The position numbers and the translations under genes are program-made. Under the pieces are notes generated by a model. That model was given only the letters and a program-made list of their open reading frames with translations. It did no database searches and had not been told where the DNA came from. A stretch of 64,000 bases of DNA from Eledone cirrhosa. Taxonomy: Eukaryota. Position 1 is the first letter of the stretch. Each line of letters begins with the position of its first letter. The DNA lies in NCBI GenBank assembly GCA_964016885.1, contig OZ024741.1:103354001-103418000 (forward strand). The letters are read 5' to 3'. Positions 57,199 to 64,000 of the stretch are shown here, piece after piece.

Positions 57199-59513
57199 GT
57201 CTCCTCTAAACACAAAGATGCTCACACAAACACACTCCTACACATATCAAAGACAGAATCCTCCGACACCGGTGCCTCCTCATCTCGAAGTGAAGGTGAG
57301 GGAGAACCCCTAAAACCTCCAAAACAAAAGAAAACACACAAAATCATCTTACCTCACACCAAACCACACACCAGAAAACATATCCACAACAAATACAAAC
57401 ACTACAACAATACCAAACCCAGCAACGCCACAACTGTCAATGCAAACACTGCCACCACCCACACTACCACAAATACAACCAACCACACAGACACCAACCT
57501 TCGTGCTAGTGAGGAAGGCTAACGAAGAGTTGGTGGCCCTCATAGCACTGAGTAAAGATATTGAGAGGCAGGGAAAGATTTTCAGCCAGCACTTTTAAAA
57601 TGTCACAAAAGAATAGGGACAGTAAAGATTTATATAGAACGAATAAAAATTAGTCATCAATAAATAACACGCCTGTCCGAGTTCCCTTGAAATGAGATCG
57701 AACACTGTTCTTTATGACTGCGAAACGAATGCCTTAACCGTAGTATGTCTAATGAAATACAATCTATCTCAATTAATTAATGTAATATTTTGAGGGATTT
57801 ATTAAACTTATTAGATATTTCATTACTATGATAGAAAATTAACATATGGTTCCTATATAAAATTATGATGAAAGATTATACTTGAAATAGGGACCCCTTT
57901 GAAATATGTCGTCGTTTCGTTTCATAGAGCTAAAGCCAGTTTTGACCAGTTGGTTTAAAAAAACATCTTAACTTACTCTTCATCACATGGGTCAATATGA
58001 AACAAAAGAACAAAACTAAATAAGCAGCAAGTTCTCATGATTATATTTCTATTAATTCTACTGTTCAGTCAAGGAGGGAGCGGTGGTACCTATTACCATT
58101 TTTAGGGCCTTCGATACTATTGCGAGCGAGCGAGGGAAGTAAGAAATGTTTCCTCGAACTGAAGATCTAGCCTGAATGATTACAACAGCGTGGACTTTGT
58201 CAAAGGCACCCAAGGGTTATGTCGGTGGTGTTAAACTGGACAACGGATTAATTCTACCATCGAAGTAGACCACAAATGGATGTGTATTCAACTGAAAGAC
58301 CTGGTACAACTACAGAAAGACTCCGACAATCTAACAATTCCGCCAATCATTTACTCTGAAATGATAATTTATTTTATCGACCCTGAGAGTGTGAACAGCC
58401 AAATTGACCTCGGAGTGATATAAACTAAGAGCGCAATGGCGGGACGAAACAAATACCGCAAAATATTTTGACCTGCACTCTAACGACTCAGCCAATTGAC
58501 TACCGGCAGTGAAAGATGAACATTCCGGATAAAAATCTTAACCAATTGCATTTGCAATATCTGCAATGTGAAGCTGGCAAGCCTAATAGGAAAAATTGAC
58601 TTCGTGCTGGTGAAACTAGTGTGCAAGTGGTTGAGCATTCCATGGCCACGTGTACCCTTAGCGTAATTCTTAGGATGATTCAGCGCGACACAGCGTGAGT
58701 TCCAGGTACACGCCATCCGACGTGGTTCCCAACAGTTTTCGTCAGTCCAATTTTACATACAAGGCTTGGGTTATTTGAGGTTATTGCACTAGTTGTTATG
58801 CAAAGGAATCGTCCAAGAAGCCACTTCGTAGTAAAATCAAAAACAATATGTGCCAACCAGGCAACCACTACGTGGTTGAATAACCAACTAGAAACAGCAG
58901 CCAATTCGTCCGCAGATGACACTCTACTATCCTAAAAAAATACACTTTGGGTAACCTGTACTTGGGTTCCTTGGACATTGAAATTAGACAGAATAGTCAT
59001 GTCTTCTCGATCGAGTTGACCTGGCTTAGACAACAATAACAAAAACAATAGTAGTTTCAGCAGCATCAACAGCAGCATCGACAGTTGTATCTGCAGCCGC
59101 ATCAGCAGCAACAGCAGCAACACAAACAATACGAGCAGCAAAAATCACGGTAGACACGAAAAGAAATTAATGAAAATGTTTATACAAAGAGAGATAACTT
59201 TACTTAAGTTTAAAAAGTTAGCTCCCTTTAAATTGGTTATCGCTAAAACAATGTGGGGAGTTTATTTTAATTCTATGATTTCATAAAAATATAATCGTAT
59301 TAGATAAATTAAAATTGGCTTTTTGTAGCCAATTTGATTTATACCCCACCCCCATTCCAAGTGTGATTTGGGCTTAAATTTGATATTTTTAATACTTCTC
59401 ACAGTGGATTATTGGTTTATTAATTTATTGATATATCTTATCCTTTCATTGAGATGCCTATGTATAAAGAGACAATTACTTTATAAAGTTGCAAATTAAG
59501 GCGTATGTATCTG

Positions 59514-59604
<91 letters not shown>

Positions 59605-59739
59605 TAAACTTTGAGTTTCGAGTTAACAATATAGAAAAGTGAATGTAGTTGGTAAATAAATATTTACATATATACCAGGTCCCAACACAATGGAACCAAA
59701 CTCTCACCGTCGCTGCCTCCATTTCTCTCGCTCTTCCCA

Positions 59740-60062
59740 TCTCTTACTATTGTGAGTAAATGGGAGCCCACACGCTGGCTGCCCCGCAGTCCCGGTGACA
59801 GAATAGAAAAGGCGTTCCATCGAAGGATGGTGAGGGTGACGCGCTAGAAGAGCCATTCCAGCTCGCGACGTTCACACGTATGGGTAGCCAACTCTGTGCT
59901 GATGGTGGTGAGTAGGGAGGTGGTCCTAGGGCCAAGGACACCAGAAGCTTCCACTGCAACAGGATCGACCGCAAACCTGTCAGAGAGCAACCGATATTTG
60001 GAGAATTTACCCCCTCGTGCAGCAGAGCCTAGGTTAGTCGCAGACTGCACCAGGTTGCCGCT
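59740..60062 (-). mobile_element. CRE-like non-LTR remnant (RLE C-terminus)
   Basis: K..KY...RFAVDPVAVEASGVLGP...RRELEWLF, typical of the P.A.E..G..G motif at the end of the RLE domain. Confidence 0.6.
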
Positions 60063-60088
60063 AGAAAAGGTAGAGTTATATATATATA

Positions 60089-60124
<36 letters not shown>

Positions 60125-61448
60125 TATCATCATCGTTTAACATCTATCTTCCACGCTAGCATGGGTTAGACGGTTTTGTTCCATTTGATGCGGGAATGGT
60201 CGGGAGTCCATGTCTCGCTCGCACGGAAGCGTCTCTGGCAGGTTTTTTTCAGCTGGATGCCCTTCCTAACACCAACCACATTAACAGTGTGGACTGGGAG
60301 CCTTTTCACCGTGTCTCCTACACGGCCACCTTACAGTGTGGACTGTTGTGTCATCGACACAGTGGAGCGAACGGGAAAGGGAGGATGGAGTAGGGTGTGG
60401 CGATGGGGTTGTACATTGAGTTAAGGGGTGCTACTAACTGTAGGTTTGTATGCAATGGCAGTCGGGTCTTCTGTACAACTGCATGGCGCCAAAGGTCTCC
60501 ATCCAGTGTCATTGTCGTAGAGACGTATAGGTGGGCAAGATCAGTTTTTATCCCAGGTTTTTTTGGTCTACCCACTCCACAGCTTCCATCAGTTTTTATT
60601 GCCCTGCACTTTTTTTTATACAGCTGTCGTCCTTCATACGCATCACATGTCCATACCAACGCAATCTCCTCTTCAGAACACAACATTTGATACCTCTTAT
60701 GATTAGTCTCCCTCTTAGTTCGTTTATGCTTCGCCTTTCGTGCACGTTACTATTACACATCCATCGGAGCATGCAAGCTTCATTTCTTTCTAAATTACGC
60801 AGGTCTTCAGCACACAATGCCCAAGTCTCACTACTATGTAATATCGCCGTTCGTATACAAGTATCATACAATCTGCCTTTCATCTGCTCCTCCACTGCTG
60901 ATTTTGTCACCCAGGTAACGGAAGGTGTCTACTATTTCTGTAGAACCATCTGGGCAGTTGAAGGAGATATCATCCAGTGGGTCCTTGCTACTTACTGCAC
61001 CTGAGCATCGGCCACATATAAAATCTACATTCTTAGATACCTTACCTCTGATCCCACTACATCTTTTATGTACCCATAGTTTGCATTTGGGACATAGGAT
61101 GGAGTTTCTGCCTACTCCTTTCTTACACACTGAGCATGGCCATTTACCAGAGGGTACCAGCGCCCTATTCTCCTTTCTGCATACTAGAACCTTAGTTTTA
61201 AACAAGTTGACCCTAAAGCCTTTTGATTCAAGGCCATGCTTCCATGTTTGGAACTTCCTCTCTAGTTCAGTCATAGATTCAGCTGAGTTAGATCATCTGC
61301 ATATAGAAGTTCATATGGGCAGCCAGTCTTAAACTCCTCTGTTATAGCCTGTAGGACAATAATAAACAGGGGGGGGGGGACTAAGAACGGAGCCCTGGTG
61401 AAGCACTACCATTACGCTAAATTCATCACTATATTCTTCGTTAATTCT
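60089..61448 (-). mobile_element. 5'-truncated RTE-group LINE with a PHD-like Cys cluster and (GAT)n tail
   Basis: LHQGSVLS, YADD-like, WPCSVCKKGVGRNSILCPKCKLWVHKRCSG, FRYLG, SETW and RRLRWYGHVMR; (CAT)n at 60089-60133. Confidence 0.85.
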
Positions 61449-62042
61449 AACGAAGAGCTCCGGCCGTTTCGACAGCTAGATCGGATCAAGCTGTCGAAAC
61501 CGCCGGAGCTCAGCCTTTGGGGGTCCTAAATCTTTTCATATATATATATATAACGAAGGAGTTGTGGTAAGGAACCAGATGGACCATAACGCACCAGAGT
61601 ACTCAATACTTACAGTAGTAGAGTGAGTAATAGGAGAAAGTATGACCCCGACGACAGAGTCAAGCCGTTTCGACGGCTATTTCTGCACTAAAGTAAGAGT
61701 TTTTTTAGTCTGGTAAATAAATATTTAGTCTGGTAAATAAATATTTATTTACCAGACTAAAAAAACTCGAGACGGCTTGAGCTCTGCCGTCGGGGTCATA
61801 CTTTCTGATATATATATATATGTATATATATGTATAATAATAGTCTGGTAAATAAATATATATATATATATATATGTATAATAATAAATATATATATATA
61901 TATATATGTATAATAATAGTCTGGTAAATAAATATTTATTTACCAGACTAAAAAAACTCGAGACGGCTTGAGCTCTGCCGTCGGGGTCATACTTTCTGAT
62001 ATATATATATATATGTATAATAATAATAATAATAATAATAAT

Positions 62043-64000
62043 GCTTTCTTTATTAACCACAAGGGTTTACATAAAGTAAACATTAAGGACAGTACAGGAC
62101 AATACAGGACGGTACATATGGGCATTTCTGCGTGTAAAGAAAAAACAGAGGATGTAATAAAAAAATAACAATGAAAAATTCCCCAATAGGGGGGAGACTT
62201 CCGAGGGACATTTGTGGAGAAAGCCCATTAAAAGGCCACAGTGACCCTGACCACCAAGGCAAGTGCCCTCTCCCAGTTTTCCACCTTTAATTTACAGACA
62301 CATACTCAGAGTAGGCCCATTCACTCGGGCCATACTTGCTTCTCTCACCCATCTTTCAACAAAATGCTGGGAAGAGAGCACTTCCCTCTATGCCCTGATT
62401 TTCCTTTTCAAATGAAATTTGAAAAAGTTAATCAGGGCATCACCGAAGAGGTAAGTGCTCGTCTTCAGCCCTTTCAAACGTGTCCACCATACTATCTCTT
62501 TCTCCATGGCCACCAGACAGATAAAAACTGCCTGCCCTTCCCGGCTAAAGGAAGAGGGCGGGGAAATCCTCACGATGGACTCAGCTGATAGCTGGATCCG
62601 TCCTAAACGTGACAGCAGGTGTTCGACATAAACCCACAAGTCAGCAATGCTCGGACACTGGACGAGTGCGTGCAGGACGGTTTCGTCGCCCTGCGCGCAT
62701 CTCGGACATGCCCGGCTGACGGCACCTCCATGCCTGTATACTTTATTTAGAACTGGCAAAGCTCCTCGGTAGCACTGCCAGGCCAGGGATTTCTGGAAGT
62801 TGTCCATAGGCCCCGGCCCGAAAGTCCTTCCGAAGAGATTGGCAAGTTGATTTTCGTCGACGCCTAGAGTTTCTCCAAGTACGTCGTCGCTCTTCCCCTC
62901 CACTAATCCTCTATAGAACGCCAAGGTGGAGTTTCCACCGATCACATTGCCCGATTGGTCGAGGGCTGTGAGCGCCTGAAGACATTCCAGTTTCCAAGCG
63001 CTCCCTCTCGGTCTTCGCTTGACCCAGGACTGCAGCTCCGTCAAGGAGACGAGCTGGGGAAAGACGTGTCTAGCAAACGGCGACCACACCTGATCACCGT
63101 CGAGGAAGAGGTGGAGATGTCGTAGCCTGATCGCGTGTCTGCGCATCATCAGCCACGGCGTGCCCAGCCCTCTACGTAGCGGGTGTTGACAGCAGATGGA
63201 CCGCCTGACAATCGGAGCGCGTCCCTTCCACAAAAAGCGAAAGAGCAAACGCTGCAGCGCAGTTAGGCGGGGCTTAGGACATGGTACGACGGTCAGGCGG
63301 TAGTAGATGACGGACGCGATGTACGCGATGGCACTTCCGCTCGACCTTTCAGGGAAAGCTTCCTCTCCGCCCATTTCTGGGTGAGAGAAGTCACCCTGCT
63401 CGTCACCTCGTCCCATTTTTTGTCCGTCTGGAGGTCCGGACCGAACCAGACCCCTAGCAATTTAACCGGTCCGTCCGTCCAGCGCCCAACGACGCTGTTG
63501 GACGGCATGGACCTGCCTCTCCAGATGCCGAGCTGCAGGCCCACTGACTTTTCCTCTTTGATCATTGCTCCTGTCACCGCTTCGTATTCTCTTAGTGTAG
63601 TGGCGATCGCCTCGATGTGTTTGGCGTTCGACACCACTACGGTGACATCGTCCGCATATGCTGACACGGATCTTCCGCATCCTAGTTCGCGCGGGACCCC
63701 CCTCAACGTCTCCAGTTTCTGCAGTAATGGCTCGAGAGTCAATACGTACAAGAGGGACGAGAGGGGACATCCTTGGCGGACCGAGCGCATGATTATGAAC
63801 GGTTCCGAAAGGTGACCGTTCACTCTCACCACAGAGCAGATGTCGCTGTGCATGGCAGCGATCCAGCCTCTGAAGACGGGCCCAAAGCCAGCCGCCCTCA
63901 GGACTGCCGCTACGTAACAATGGTCGACCCTATCGAAAGCTTTCGACTGATCTAAATTGATCAAGGACCCACCCATGCCAGGTTCCCTAGCTACCCTCTC
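62043..64000 (-). mobile_element. Tx1/L1-clade LINE 3' half (relative of the 163-5565 element), continuing beyond the window
   Basis: ORFs 63293-63976 (LDQSKAFDRV, RQGCPLS, YADD) and 62388-63416. Minus-strand AATAAA followed by (TTA)n at 62018-62042. Confidence 0.92.

Noticed and set aside
56770-57540. Possible 5' end/ORF1 start of another Tx1-like LINE
   Set aside because: Only compositional resemblance (T/N/K-rich); no diagnostic motif.
58216-58299. Possible terminal exon VFQLNTHPFVVYFDGRINP... on the minus strand
   Set aside because: Only 27 codons with no linked exons; cannot be supported without RNA data.

Overview
This is eukaryotic (animal) genomic DNA, very probably from an octopus or other coleoid cephalopod. 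That assignment is an inference from the dense (TA)n/(CA)n/(TACA)n microsatellites, tRNA-derived SINEs and the LINE/Penelope repertoire. About one host gene is visible: a minus-strand, spliced, multi-pass membrane protein (coding exons 32592-32795 and 18215-19219, about 402 aa) whose motifs resemble fungal Ice2 (SERINC superfamily). The rest is mostly degraded retroelements: two Tx1/L1-like LINEs, several Penelope-like elements (PLEs) with direct or inverted pseudo-LTRs (pLTRs), CR1, RTE, R4/Dong-like and CRE-like fragments, a Helitron-like element, SINEs and simple repeats. Four structural themes stand out. (1) About 10 minimal type-I hammerhead ribozymes, including a U3-A8 covariant family. 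(2) A ~610-bp non-autonomous RTE-derived element that sits repeatedly in (TACA)n arrays, with a fragment of its probable partner LINE in the same cluster. (3) Long foldback hairpins centred on TTTC...GAAA. (4) Large inverted repeats inside the host intron. Most ORFs in the provided track are microsatellite artefacts. All homology calls are from motif recognition, not from database searches.
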